Source of the DNA: a virus
Lineage: Duplodnaviria > Heunggongvirae > Uroviricota > Caudoviricetes
Reading direction: 5' to 3' (one strand)
Length of the DNA stretch: 11,150 nt
IMG/VR virus record: IMGVR_UViG_2558860288_000004
Location: 1-11,150 of that record
Positions 1 to 8,748 of the stretch are shown piece by piece. Numbering within the stretch: the first letter of the stretch is position 1; each line of letters opens with the position of its first letter. A program made the translations under genes and the position numbers. The notes under the pieces are model-generated. The model did no database searches. It saw nothing but the letters and a program-made list of their open reading frames with translations, and was not told the DNA's origin.

Positions 1-1203
1 GTGTTTCAGCAGGAAAAGCAGGCTCAGCGGCAGAAAGATTTTCAGCAGGCATACGCTAATGCTTATGCGTCTGGTGATCGCGGTGCTTTGCGTCAGTTGG
101 CTACTCAATATCCAGACCAGATTGAATCCGTTCGTAAAGGCATGGGATTCATTGATGAAGACCAGCGTAATTCTATCGGCACCTTAGCGGCTGGCGCACG
201 CCTTGCGTCATCGTCTCCAGAAGCAATGCAATCATGGCTGCAAAACAACGCCAAGGAACTGACTCGCGTCGGTGTTGACCCTAACAGCGTTGCTCAGATG
301 TATCAGCAGAACCCTTCAGGATTTGGTGAGTTTGTTGATCACCTTGGAATGGCTGCTCTTGGTCCGATTGATTACTTCAATGTTCAGGACAAGATGGCAG
401 GTCGTGAGATTGACCGAGGCAGGCTGGCAGAGACAATCCGCAGCAATCAGGCTGGCGAGGCGCTAACAGCACGAGGCCAGAACATCACGATGCGCGGTCA
501 GGACTTATCTGCTTCTACTGCGAGACGCGGGCAGGATTTGGCAATGCAGCGAGCGTCAACAAGAGGAACCGCTGGGAATGATGAGCGTACAGTTCAGTTA
601 TCAGATGGCAGAACTGTAACGGTAGGCGGGAAGCTTCATGGCGCTGGGGCTAATGCGTTCTACGAAGGCATCGACAACGAGGGGAATATGGTTCGCGTTC
701 CTGCCAGTTCAATCGCAGCGCCTGCAACATCGTCTGCATCAGCACAAAACTATGCCATGAAGAAGGATATCGACGCGATCGCAAATGCAGATGCTTCTGC
801 TCTCGATTTCATGACAGGAATGACCGGCGGTGCAGGTAATCCAGCAATTGGTGCTGATGTTCGCAGCAGATTAACAGGAAAAGAGCAGCGCCAGTTATAT
901 AACTCAGCACAACGGATTCAGGGCAGAATGCAGAATCAGGGTGTGGCGGCAGCAAGGGACATGGGTGCCAGTGGTATTAACACCGTTGCAGAAGCGAAGA
1001 TGTATTTTCAGGGGATGCCGCAGGTTGACTATTCAAGCCCGGAGGCTATGCAGCAGTCGATTCGTGAGATTCAGGAATACACCAACAATTACAATCAACA
1101 ATATAACGTTAATGTTGGTAAATCTCAGCGGCAGCAATCTCAACCTGCACAGGTATCACAGCCAGCAGCCAGCAGTAACTTTTCTTCACTATGGGGTGAT
1201 TAA
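1..1203 (+). CDS. Phage virion DNA-ejection (injection) protein, P22 gp20-like; 5'-partial, open to the window edge
   Basis: Reading frame is open from base 1 (the GTG at position 1 is not a demonstrated start) to TAA at 1201-1203. Ala/Gln/Gly-rich, no enzymatic motif. Sits immediately upstream of and translationally coupled (TAATG) to a 665-aa gp16-like protein, and upstream of mnt and tailspike, which matches the P22 order 7-20-16-immI-9. Product assignment is by position and composition, not by recognised motif. Confidence 0.5.
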   Translation: MFQQEKQAQRQKDFQQAYANAYASGDRGALRQLATQYPDQIESVRKGMGFIDEDQRNSIGTLAAGARLASSSPEAMQSWLQNNAKELTRVGVDPNSVAQMYQQNPSGFGEFVDHLGMAALGPIDYFNVQDKMAGREIDRGRLAETIRSNQAGEALTARGQNITMRGQDLSASTARRGQDLAMQRASTRGTAGNDERTVQLSDGRTVTVGGKLHGAGANAFYEGIDNEGNMVRVPASSIAAPATSSASAQNYAMKKDIDAIANADASALDFMTGMTGGAGNPAIGADVRSRLTGKEQRQLYNSAQRIQGRMQNQGVAAARDMGASGINTVAEAKMYFQGMPQVDYSSPEAMQQSIREIQEYTNNYNQQYNVNVGKSQRQQSQPAQVSQPAASSNFSSLWGD

Positions 1204-3200
1204 TGGCTAAAGCATGGAAAGATGTTATCGCCTCTCCACAGTATCAGGCGTTAGCACCAGAACAAAAAGCGCAGGCTCAGGAGCAATACTTCAATGAAGT
1301 CGTGGCCCCGCAAGCCGGAGAAAATGCAGAGCAGGCTAAGCAAGCTTTCTATGCTGCCTATCCATTGCCATCTGTGCAGCCAGTGGAGACACAACAACCA
1401 GAAGCACAGCAACAACCACAGCAAACTGGATTTATGTCTGATCTTGGTGAAGCCGTGAAAGAAACTGGTCGCGGACTGGTGCAGGCTGGCGTAAACGTGG
1501 CAAACATACCTGCATCAGTTGCCGATGCTGTAACAAGCGCGGCGGCTTGGGCTGGCGGTAAACTCGGTATTGGCGATGGTACATATCAACCAGCGCCACG
1601 AGTAACAACGCAGGGGTTAGAGCAGGACTTTGGCCTTCAGCAAGGCGCGCTGACTCCACAAACGACAGAGGGCAGGGTATTTGCTGAAGCATTGCCTTAC
1701 CTCACTCCTGCTGGCGTTGAGAGAGCAGCAACACAGGCACCAACACTTGCTGGTCGAATTGCTCAGGGGGCAACACGACTTCTCGCAGAAAACGCAGTTG
1801 GATCACTTGCTGCAAATAGTGCGAAAGATGATGCGGAAGCACTCGCCACCGATTTAGGCGTTGGTGTGCTGGCTGGCGGTGCTATTAACGCTGCCGGACG
1901 TGGATTAGGTGCTGCTTATCGTGGCGTTCGTGGTGCTATTGCGCCAGAAGCGCAGCAGGCTATCAGATTTGCAGAGCGTGAAGGAGTTCCTCTGCACACC
2001 ACAGACCTGTTACAGCCTACTTCCCGCGTCGGGAAAATGGCGCAGACTACAGCAGAAAATATCCCCCTGGCTGGCACAAGCGGAATGAGAGCAACGCAAC
2101 AGGAAGCGAGAAGCCAGTTGGTGCAGAGATTTGCTGATAAATTCGGTGAGTATGATCCAGCTGTTGTTATTGACAGCCTTAAAGCGAAAACATCAGGAAT
2201 TCGTCGTGCCGCCGGTAATCGACTGGAGCAGGTTCAGAATGCTATGGCTGGAGTAAACATTCAGCCTGCGCGAGCAATTCAGCAGATTGATACAGAAATA
2301 TCTAATCTGCAGAAGCTTGGTAAGGTAGCTGATAACGAGACAATTTCAAAACTTCAGTCATATCGTGATGAGCTTGTTCGCAATGCTGGCCCTGATGGTC
2401 CGGTTAATCTGGATTTGAAGCAATTAAGCGATCTGCGCAGCCAGTTCAGAATGGACGTGAAGGGGGAGCGACCAGTGTTACCAAACCGTTCCGATGCCGC
2501 CATTCAACGTGTTTACAAGGCGATGACCGACGATATCAATGGTGCCATTGGTCAGAATCTTGGCAACGATACTCTCCGTAAATATCAGCAGGCCAATGCC
2601 GTCTACGCTGACGAAGCGGCGAAACTAAAGAATACCAGGCTGAAGAATGTTCTCATGAAAGGAGACCTGACGCCGGAAGTTGTCAACAACATGCTATTCA
2701 GCAAGAACAAATCGGAAATTAAGACGCTGTATAACTCAGTTGGTCGTGTTGGCAGGGCGCAAATGCGCAATGGCATCATTGGAAAGGCGATGGAGAAATC
2801 TGGCAGATCCCCTGACCAGTTCCTTCGGCAGCTTAACATCCTGCAAAACCAGACTGGCATCACATTTAAGGGGCAGGACGCTGCTTATCTGAAAGGATTA
2901 AAAAACTACCTGCAATCCACGCAGCAGGCTGCAAAAGCGGCAGTAACAACACCCACAGGGCAGCAAACTATCCCGTTCATTATTGGGTATGGGACGGCAA
3001 TGAACCCGGCGACAACTGGCGCAGCAGTAAGCTACGGACTTCTTACTCGCGCCTATGAGAGCGAGCCATTCAGAAATGCAATGCTCCGAATGGCAAACAC
3101 CCCACGCGGATCAACAGCGTTTGAGAAAGCCATGCAGCAGGCACAAAAGGCAATTAACGCTATGACGCAGGGGGCTAAGTCTGATGCGTTTTCAGAATAG
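1203..3200 (+). CDS. Phage virion DNA-ejection (injection) protein, P22 gp16-like
   Basis: 665-aa ORF; ATG at 1203 overlaps the upstream TAA by one base (TAATG) with GGGGTG upstream as a possible RBS. Ala/Gly/Gln-rich with a low-complexity stretch QQPEAQQQPQQ near the N-terminus. It is the last large structural gene before the mnt/tailspike region, as gp16 is in P22-like phages. Assignment rests on synteny and size. Confidence 0.55.
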   Translation: MAKAWKDVIASPQYQALAPEQKAQAQEQYFNEVVAPQAGENAEQAKQAFYAAYPLPSVQPVETQQPEAQQQPQQTGFMSDLGEAVKETGRGLVQAGVNVANIPASVADAVTSAAAWAGGKLGIGDGTYQPAPRVTTQGLEQDFGLQQGALTPQTTEGRVFAEALPYLTPAGVERAATQAPTLAGRIAQGATRLLAENAVGSLAANSAKDDAEALATDLGVGVLAGGAINAAGRGLGAAYRGVRGAIAPEAQQAIRFAEREGVPLHTTDLLQPTSRVGKMAQTTAENIPLAGTSGMRATQQEARSQLVQRFADKFGEYDPAVVIDSLKAKTSGIRRAAGNRLEQVQNAMAGVNIQPARAIQQIDTEISNLQKLGKVADNETISKLQSYRDELVRNAGPDGPVNLDLKQLSDLRSQFRMDVKGERPVLPNRSDAAIQRVYKAMTDDINGAIGQNLGNDTLRKYQQANAVYADEAAKLKNTRLKNVLMKGDLTPEVVNNMLFSKNKSEIKTLYNSVGRVGRAQMRNGIIGKAMEKSGRSPDQFLRQLNILQNQTGITFKGQDAAYLKGLKNYLQSTQQAAKAAVTTPTGQQTIPFIIGYGTAMNPATTGAAVSYGLLTRAYESEPFRNAMLRMANTPRGSTAFEKAMQQAQKAINAMTQGAKSDAFSE

Positions 3201-3289
3201 CTTTTCAAACACCAGGAACGTGCAAAAACCAAATATGTAGAACGCAATATTCAGCATATCTCTTTGCATAAATCCTCCGTAACTGATGG

Positions 3290-3550
3290 TTAGCTGCTGT
3301 CTTTTTTATATAGCTCCTTGAGCGTATCAAAGACAATTTTCTTAACCATATCAGATTGTTGTTCTGCCATACGCTCTGCATCGTCAATGTAAACAGATGC
3401 AGAGCTTTGTTTAGCCAATGATTCTTCAATCGCTGCAATTATCTCTGAGTTCAGCGACCTGTTATTCATCTTCGCACGCTGCTTAATTTTCGCGTGGAGT
3501 TCATGCGGAAGTCTCAAGTGAAACTGCGCCTCGTCGTATTTGCTGTACAT
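3290..3550 (-). CDS. mnt: Mnt-like ribbon-helix-helix transcriptional repressor (Arc/MetJ superfamily)
   Basis: Translation ...FHLRLPHELHAKIKQRAKMNNRSLNSEIIAAIEESLAK...YIDDAERMAEQQSDMVKKIVFDTLKELYKKDSS aligns along its length with P22 Mnt as I recall it (FNFRMPMEVREKLKFRAEANGRSMNSELLQIV...NDAERLADEQSELVKKMVFDTLKDLYKK). I chose the ATG at 3550 (MYSKYDEAQF..., 86 aa), which matches Mnt length; the ORF track extends the frame to 3583. Stop TAA at 3290-3292. Confidence 0.8.
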   Translation of the reverse strand: MYSKYDEAQFHLRLPHELHAKIKQRAKMNNRSLNSEIIAAIEESLAKQSSASVYIDDAERMAEQQSDMVKKIVFDTLKELYKKDSS

Positions 3551-3671
3551 CCTTGATGCCTCACCAGTTGGGTGGAATGGCATCGTAACCTACTGGATAA
3601 ATACTCAATAGTACCATTTCGGTATGCAATCACATCATGGTTGCATCATATCATTCGTCTGGAGCAATGAA
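3551..3671. promoter_or_regulatory. Divergent control region between mnt (minus strand) and tailspike (plus strand); holds the tailspike RBS and a short inverted repeat ATGCAA-N11-TTGCAT (3624-3646)
   Basis: 121-bp AT-rich intergenic region between divergent starts. GGAG at 3661-3664 lies 7 nt upstream of the tailspike ATG (3672). ATGCAA at 3624-3629 and its reverse complement TTGCAT at 3641-3646 form a 6-bp inverted repeat. No convincing sigma70 -35/-10 pair could be fixed by eye. Confidence 0.3.
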
Positions 3672-5828
3672 ATGTCAGATATCACCGCAAATGTTGTGGT
3701 CAGCATGCCTTCGCAACTCTTCACCATGGCTCATTCTTTTAAAGCCGTAGCCAATGGCAAAATTTATATCGGTAAAATTGACACTGACCCGGTAAATCCT
3801 GAAAACCAGATTCAGGTTTATGTGGAGAACGAAGACGGTTCTCACGTTCCTGTTTCGCAACCAATCATCATTAATGCGGCTGGTTACCCGGTATATAACG
3901 GACAGATTGCCAAGTTCGTAACTGTGCAAGGCCATTCGATGGCTGTTTATGATGCATACGGTGTGCAGCAGTTCTATTTTCCTAATGTGCTGAAGTATGA
4001 CCCGGATCAGTTTTCTGCAGAATGGCTTGCCAAGATGTCTGCGCCTGATTCTTATGCATTATTTGGTACATTCTCATCAATAGCAGATCTACGAGCATTT
4101 ACTGCATACTCATCAGTTAAGGAAAATGGAAGAGTCTATGTTGATTCTTATCACCTTGGAGCTGGTTATGGCGGAGGATATTTCCGCTGGAATTCAACTA
4201 GCACTGATACTGATGACGGTGGCTATACCATTAACCCAACTGGCAATACTGGAACAGGACGCTGGAAGCGAGAGATATCCTCTGCGTATGTCGCAAGGAC
4301 GGTGAGTCCGTTGGAGTTTGGGGCAAAAATTAACGATAGTACTTTCGACTGCGCGCCAGCTATCAATGCGGCTATTTTATATTTGAATCCTTATCTTGAT
4401 TCCTCATATGATTCTCATCAGGGTGGAGATATTGTGTTGCCAGCAGGGCAGTTTTATATTAATGACACTATATACGGCTCTCCCAATGTCAGGGTGCTGG
4501 GAATTGGCGGCACTCCAGGGTTCAGATATTCTAGGTCTGGGTGTTCTGTTATTGTCGCAATGCCCACAATGGATCTCATGAAAATTATGTATGATACCGC
4601 CCCGTGGTTGACAGACGGCACATCCAGATACACTAATACAAACGAGATGGTTTACGGCAGAACGGAAAGTCAGGGATACTATGGGACCTACATTGAGAAC
4701 ATAGTTTTTGTTGGAAATGCAGATCAACAGTGCGGAGTACGTATCTGGCGAGTTCCATGCTCCACTCTCAAAGGTGTTGCAGTCTACTCCTGTAAAGTAA
4801 GTTTCTGGGTAAATGGTTCGTGGGATGTGATGCTTGATAATTGCTTCTCATATGGCGCGAAGTACGCCACAATTTTGCCTTATCAAATTACATCGCTTCG
4901 CATAGTAGGCGGCTATTATACAGGAAATACTGCACAACTTTATTCTATGGGGACTGAACAGTGGTTTCATCGAGCGATAGATGAAACTAACAAGCCAAAC
5001 ATTGCTTATGTAACTACTTTCATGTATGCATATAACAGTTTTGATATAAATCTGTATGGCGTAACAATAGAAGGGTACAACAGAGAGTTTGCTCTTTTTT
5101 ATTGCGGCAATGTTAATATGTTTGGTGGGTATACAGAATGGATTGGAGTACCTGCAAGCGAGACAGGGCATCGTGTTTTTGTGCATGGTGTTGCCTCAGA
5201 GTTTTATTCAACAGGGACATACTTTAATCACGACATTAAAGATCTGGCGGTGCAGTCAGGGAATGTTTTTGACACTACTTCAGGAGAATACCTCCCATCT
5301 GAAAGATCACGAGTGATAATTGAAAATCCAAGAGTGGTAACAAAATTCCAGAATCTTACTAAAGATTTAGGATATGGCTCCTACAATATTGTCATAAAAA
5401 ACCAACACCCTATCACAGATAGCTTATCGACTACACTTTCAGCGCAGAGGCTTTTTACAGTTCAATTTGTTGGATTGCTAGACCAGTATACAATGCGAAC
5501 TCCTGCTGTAACTGCAAATGGTACAGTGAGCTTTAGTATCCAGATTGGAAATATTGCAGATGGAGGTGAGTATAGCGTTAGGCTTTTGATGAGAAACACC
5601 GCATCCACTGTACAGCAGGATTTAAGATTTACAGTGTTGGTAGGAACAACAACAACTGTTACTGGCTACCAGGGACGCTCGAAGGCTGGGACCACATTAA
5701 TACCAGCACCCACAGCAACATTCACTGGTAGCACATTAACTCTTACTTTCACAGGTAATTCAGGTTATTATTCATTCTTCAGAATGAAGTGCGTTCCTGT
5801 AGAAGATCAACCTATTTATACCTATTGA
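3672..5828 (+). CDS. Phage tailspike protein: P22 gp9-like N-terminal head-binding domain fused to a beta-helix-type receptor-binding (probable O-antigen depolymerase) body of unknown specificity
   Basis: From the ATG at 3672 (preceded by GGAG) the protein begins [59 protein letters not shown]...[15 protein letters not shown]...[10 protein letters not shown], a close match to the P22 gp9 head-binding domain. The remaining roughly 600 aa are Gly/Asn/Tyr/Ser/Thr-rich, as in right-handed beta-helix tailspike bodies, with a Thr-rich C-terminal segment. The 16 codons upstream in the ORF track (from 3624) are probably not translated. Stop TGA at 5826-5828. Confidence 0.9.
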   Translation: MSDITANVVVSMPSQLFTMAHSFKAVANGKIYIGKIDTDPVNPENQIQVYVENEDGSHVPVSQPIIINAAGYPVYNGQIAKFVTVQGHSMAVYDAYGVQQFYFPNVLKYDPDQFSAEWLAKMSAPDSYALFGTFSSIADLRAFTAYSSVKENGRVYVDSYHLGAGYGGGYFRWNSTSTDTDDGGYTINPTGNTGTGRWKREISSAYVARTVSPLEFGAKINDSTFDCAPAINAAILYLNPYLDSSYDSHQGGDIVLPAGQFYINDTIYGSPNVRVLGIGGTPGFRYSRSGCSVIVAMPTMDLMKIMYDTAPWLTDGTSRYTNTNEMVYGRTESQGYYGTYIENIVFVGNADQQCGVRIWRVPCSTLKGVAVYSCKVSFWVNGSWDVMLDNCFSYGAKYATILPYQITSLRIVGGYYTGNTAQLYSMGTEQWFHRAIDETNKPNIAYVTTFMYAYNSFDINLYGVTIEGYNREFALFYCGNVNMFGGYTEWIGVPASETGHRVFVHGVASEFYSTGTYFNHDIKDLAVQSGNVFDTTSGEYLPSERSRVIIENPRVVTKFQNLTKDLGYGSYNIVIKNQHPITDSLSTTLSAQRLFTVQFVGLLDQYTMRTPAVTANGTVSFSIQIGNIADGGEYSVRLLMRNTASTVQQDLRFTVLVGTTTTVTGYQGRSKAGTTLIPAPTATFTGSTLTLTFTGNSGYYSFFRMKCVPVEDQPIYTY

Positions 5829-5850
5829 TGGATTTTAGGCCGGGAAACCC

Positions 5851-5880
5851 CTGCCAATAGACTTTATTGGCAGGATTTTT
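5851..5880 (+). terminator. Rho-independent terminator hairpin downstream of the tailspike, shared with the convergent gtrC-like gene
   Basis: Perfect 9-bp stem CTGCCAATA (5851-5859) / TATTGGCAG (5865-5873) with a 5-nt loop, followed by GGATTTTTTAT on the plus strand. The stop codon of the minus-strand gtrC-like gene (TAA, 5864-5866) lies inside the hairpin. Confidence 0.6.
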
Positions 5881-7318
5881 TATCAAAATCAACAATCAAA
5901 ACGCTATCCTTGATATAGGAATTTAGCCATTGCCCCTGAAAGGATAGGTTACCTTCACATTTATGAGAAATGTAATTTTTAGCCTTGTTTGCTGGCATGT
6001 ATGTATTCTTTATCCCATTAAATGACATGTACGCACTTCCCCAATACCAGTTCCAGAAGTAATCTGTGACTGAATAGTTTATCAAAGGAAAGTTTAATGC
6101 TGCATTTTTTACAGCTTCGGATCTTGGTGCTGTGCCGGTAAACACAATGCTAACATTATCACTACCAGCGTCGCGAATGGATTGCATAATTTCAGAAAGA
6201 ACTACTTTATTTATCCTTTCCTGAGCCTTCAAAGCATTTCCGTATGCATACATTAAAATCATAGAATACAATACGGGTATTAATGTAATTGATGTTACGT
6301 ATCTATGTTCTTTAAAGCAATAATATAGCAATGTACTCATGAGGACATAAAAAACTCCAACCGACATGTATAAGTGAACTCCTCCCAATGGGTTGGCGAG
6401 AACCAGCAATGCCCCCATAGTCATTGGCATAGCGATTGCTGTTGCGAGTATCGCTCCAGTTATAACGTTAAATACTTTCCAGTTTAGGCCTTTACATTTA
6501 ACGTATTTGTAACTCAGAAACGCCGTCATAATAATGCAAGCTAAAGCTGACAGGAGTAATAATTCACCACCGATAACCCTGTAAAAATTTGTAGAAGCAA
6601 AATCGTAATACTTTAAGCTGTTATTCTTTAGTGCACCAAATATATCATTTGATATTCTTGGGTGATTAGATGAATAATGCCCGCTAAAAGTTATGGGTAA
6701 TATGAATTTCACGTATATCACACCACCTACTAAAACCTGCATTATACGTAATGCAACCCTTTTAAGTATTAACTGCGGGTCAGTAAATCTGGCCATGTTA
6801 ACTATTACTTCACATATTAATAAAATCGCAACGACATTAATGACTGCCTGATAAGTGCCAAGCACTATCACTACAAATGCGGTGCCTATTATTAATTCAT
6901 GAGCCAGTCTTTTGCACTTAATTGCAAAGAGAGCAAATGCAGATGCAATGGAGAAACTGAAAGTTAAAACATCAAACCGATAAGAGAACATTGATATAAT
7001 AGCTGGATTCGCCATGAATGCCAGAGGTATAATAAAGCTCCATTTTCCCCCATCAAGAAACCTCTTTCTGTAACATGCAAAAGATATTGCAAGCAGCACA
7101 GAAGCAAGAATGATTGGTAGAGGTGCAAGATCGACGATTCTGGAGCTAAGATTGAGAACTGACATTACTATATCAGCTACAGGCCTCCCGTCCACACCCC
7201 ATTTAGTATAACCAACAGTCGTTCGCCCAATATCATCAACATAAAATTGATTTGCTAGGATAATTGGCAATATAAATATAAAAATAACATACGAGTAACG
7301 TTTTGAGTTGTTAATCAT
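5864..7318 (-). CDS. Serotype/type-specific O-antigen glucosyltransferase of the Gtr family (GtrC/Gtr-type-like), polytopic inner-membrane protein
   Basis: 484-aa strongly hydrophobic multi-span protein lying directly after gtrA and gtrB; its start overlaps the gtrB stop (ATGATTAA). Position, size and membrane character match the third, type-specific gene of gtr clusters. It is markedly AT-rich compared with the ejection-protein genes. I do not recognise which Gtr type it is. Confidence 0.65.
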   Translation of the reverse strand: MINNSKRYSYVIFIFILPIILANQFYVDDIGRTTVGYTKWGVDGRPVADIVMSVLNLSSRIVDLAPLPIILASVLLAISFACYRKRFLDGGKWSFIIPLAFMANPAIISMFSYRFDVLTFSFSIASAFALFAIKCKRLAHELIIGTAFVVIVLGTYQAVINVVAILLICEVIVNMARFTDPQLILKRVALRIMQVLVGGVIYVKFILPITFSGHYSSNHPRISNDIFGALKNNSLKYYDFASTNFYRVIGGELLLLSALACIIMTAFLSYKYVKCKGLNWKVFNVITGAILATAIAMPMTMGALLVLANPLGGVHLYMSVGVFYVLMSTLLYYCFKEHRYVTSITLIPVLYSMILMYAYGNALKAQERINKVVLSEIMQSIRDAGSDNVSIVFTGTAPRSEAVKNAALNFPLINYSVTDYFWNWYWGSAYMSFNGIKNTYMPANKAKNYISHKCEGNLSFQGQWLNSYIKDSVLIVDFDKKSCQ

Positions 7319-8237
7319 TTTTATTCTTACCCTTTAAAATATATCTTGGACGCTGTTTAACCTCGATATAAATCCTTCCGATGTATTCACCAAGTACCCC
7401 TATACCGATCAACTGAATCCCGCCCAAGAAAAGTATCGATACCAGCAGGGATGGATAACCTCTAACCGGGTTTCCAAACGCCAGAGTGTCCAGAATCATC
7501 CATGCGCCATATGTAAATGCTAAGCCAGCGACGAGAAGGCCGATGTAAGTCCACATACGTAGCGGAAAAGTCGAGAAGCTCGTAATTCCCTCAAGAGCAA
7601 GATTCCACAACTTCCATCCGTTGAACTTGGTACTGCCAGCAACACGTTCTGCGCGGGCATAATCAACGATATCAGTGCGACCACCAACCCAACTCAAAAC
7701 ACCCTTCATGAAAAGGTTGCGCTCAGGCATGAGCTTAATGTTTTCTACCACCTCGCGAGACATTAGCCTGAAATCTCCAACATTTTCCTCGATCTGCGGG
7801 TTGCTGATTTTGTTATGCAGCTTATAGAACCACTCGGCGGTTTTCCTCTTCAGTCTGCCATCCGTTGAGCGGTCAGATCGTTTAGCAAGCACCATATCAG
7901 CACCTGCCTGCCACTTTTCAATAAGATGAGGAATAACCTCAATCGGGTCTTGCAGGTCAACATCAATTGGGATTATAGCATCCCCAGTTGCATGGTCTAA
8001 CCCTGCAAACAATGCTGGTTCTTTACCAAAGTTGCGTGTAAATGACAGCGGAACAACTAGAGGATCTGAAACAGCCAGAGCATTAATAATTGACTCCGTA
8101 GCGTCTTTGCTGCCGTCATTTATGAAAACAATTTCCACTTCATATGACTTCAATTCTTCGAATTCACGTACCGTTTTATAAAAAATTGGTATCGCTTCTT
8201 CTTCATTGAAGACAGGAACGACCAGAGATATCTTCAT
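7311..8237 (-). CDS. gtrB: Bactoprenol (undecaprenyl-phosphate) glucosyltransferase GtrB, GT2 family
   Basis: 308 aa beginning [26 protein letters not shown]..., the typical GT-A N-terminus, with a DxD-type motif ([10 protein letters not shown]) and C-terminal transmembrane helices. Start ATG overlaps the gtrA stop (ATGA). Matches my recollection of GtrB/YfdH. Confidence 0.9.
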   Translation of the reverse strand: MKISLVVPVFNEEEAIPIFYKTVREFEELKSYEVEIVFINDGSKDATESIINALAVSDPLVVPLSFTRNFGKEPALFAGLDHATGDAIIPIDVDLQDPIEVIPHLIEKWQAGADMVLAKRSDRSTDGRLKRKTAEWFYKLHNKISNPQIEENVGDFRLMSREVVENIKLMPERNLFMKGVLSWVGGRTDIVDYARAERVAGSTKFNGWKLWNLALEGITSFSTFPLRMWTYIGLLVAGLAFTYGAWMILDTLAFGNPVRGYPSLLVSILFLGGIQLIGIGVLGEYIGRIYIEVKQRPRYILKGKNKND

Positions 8238-8596
8238 TTCGCATCCCTAAAGACAATGAACTTTGAATAGACGAAACCGCACACCAGGCTGATGGCGGAG
8301 AAGGTGACAAGAGTGACAATTGGAGGAAGTGAACATCTATCAGCAGCCCATCCAACAGTAGCACTCAGTGTTCCCATGAACCCGACATATAACATGTAGC
8401 GCATCGTTGTAGTTGATGCTTTGAATGTGAATTTTGCATTCGCGAAGAAGCTAAAACTCACAGCCACAACAAAACCTGCGAAGTTTGCCAGAGCCTGATT
8501 GGTATGCGCGGCATAGATACATACACCAAAAACCACCCAGTGTATAAGGGTGTTCAGCACGCCAATAGAGGTGTACTTTGCAAATAGTTTTAACAT
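8234..8596 (-). CDS. gtrA: GtrA family flippase for bactoprenol-linked glucose (4-TM small membrane protein)
   Basis: 120 aa, [31 protein letters not shown]..., the characteristic GtrA size and sequence; first gene of the gtr operon, immediately downstream of int on the same strand. Confidence 0.9.
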   Translation of the reverse strand: MLKLFAKYTSIGVLNTLIHWVVFGVCIYAAHTNQALANFAGFVVAVSFSFFANAKFTFKASTTTMRYMLYVGFMGTLSATVGWAADRCSLPPIVTLVTFSAISLVCGFVYSKFIVFRDAK

Positions 8597-8690
8597 TTCT
8601 TCTATCAGCTAATAATCAAAGGCATGAAGTCTATCATCCAAGTCTCAATCGATCGATACTTGCTGTGGTTGATGAGACAACACTGAGACA

Positions 8691-8724
8691 CACAAAGCTT
8701 TGCACTGGATTGCAAGGCTTTGTG
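8691..8724 (-). promoter_or_regulatory. Long imperfect inverted repeat between the int stop and the gtrA start: candidate int terminator hairpin and/or gtr operator
   Basis: CACAAAGCTTTGCAC (8691-8705) and TTGCAAGGCTTTGTG (8710-8724) can pair as a roughly 14-bp stem with one mismatch and a short loop. The first arm itself contains the perfect palindrome CAAAGCTTTG (8693-8702). It lies about 25 nt downstream of the int stop and about 95-130 nt upstream of the gtrA ATG. No clean U-tract follows on the minus strand. Confidence 0.35.
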
Positions 8725-8748
8725 CTATCCGATGGTGTTTAAGTTTCC

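Noticed and set aside
1-3. GTG at position 1 as the true start of the first gene
   Set aside because: The frame is simply open to the window edge; the real start is almost certainly upstream of the window.
272-3247. Small ORFs nested inside the ejection-protein genes (272..466, 941..1210, 1432..1692-, 2603..2863-, 2680..2892, 3053..3247-)
   Set aside because: All lie in alternate frames or antisense within long, well-supported coding regions; their Arg/Leu/Cys-rich translations are typical of out-of-frame reading of GC-balanced coding DNA.
3205-3438. 77-aa minus-strand ORF overlapping the gp16-like 3' end and mnt
   Set aside because: It overlaps mnt in another frame, has no RBS or recognisable features and a Leu/Arg-rich composition typical of alternate-frame artefacts.
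3551-3583. 5' extension of the mnt ORF (MPFHPTGEASR...)
   Set aside because: The alignment with P22 Mnt begins at the internal Met (MYSKYDEAQF), giving the expected length of about 86 aa; the upstream Met would add 11 residues with no counterpart. The start remains somewhat uncertain.
3624-3671. 5' extension of the tailspike ORF ([16 protein letters not shown]...) given in the ORF track
   Set aside because: The conserved tailspike N-terminus begins at [10 protein letters not shown] (ATG 3672), which has a GGAG RBS 7 nt upstream; the extension has no homology support and would run into the regulatory region.
3675-5316. Small ORFs inside or antisense to the tailspike gene (3675..3935-, 4396..4581, 4404..4727-, 4848..5186-, 5089..5316)
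   Set aside because: Fully contained within the tailspike coding region with no independent signals; AT-rich sequence commonly yields such spurious antisense ORFs.
8597-8748. Dam/OxyR-type phase-variation switch in the gtr promoter region
   Set aside because: Phase-variable gtr operons described in Salmonella carry several GATC sites arranged in paired OxyR half-sites. I find only one GATC (8651-8654, within CGATCGAT) in this region, so the sequence does not support that mechanism.
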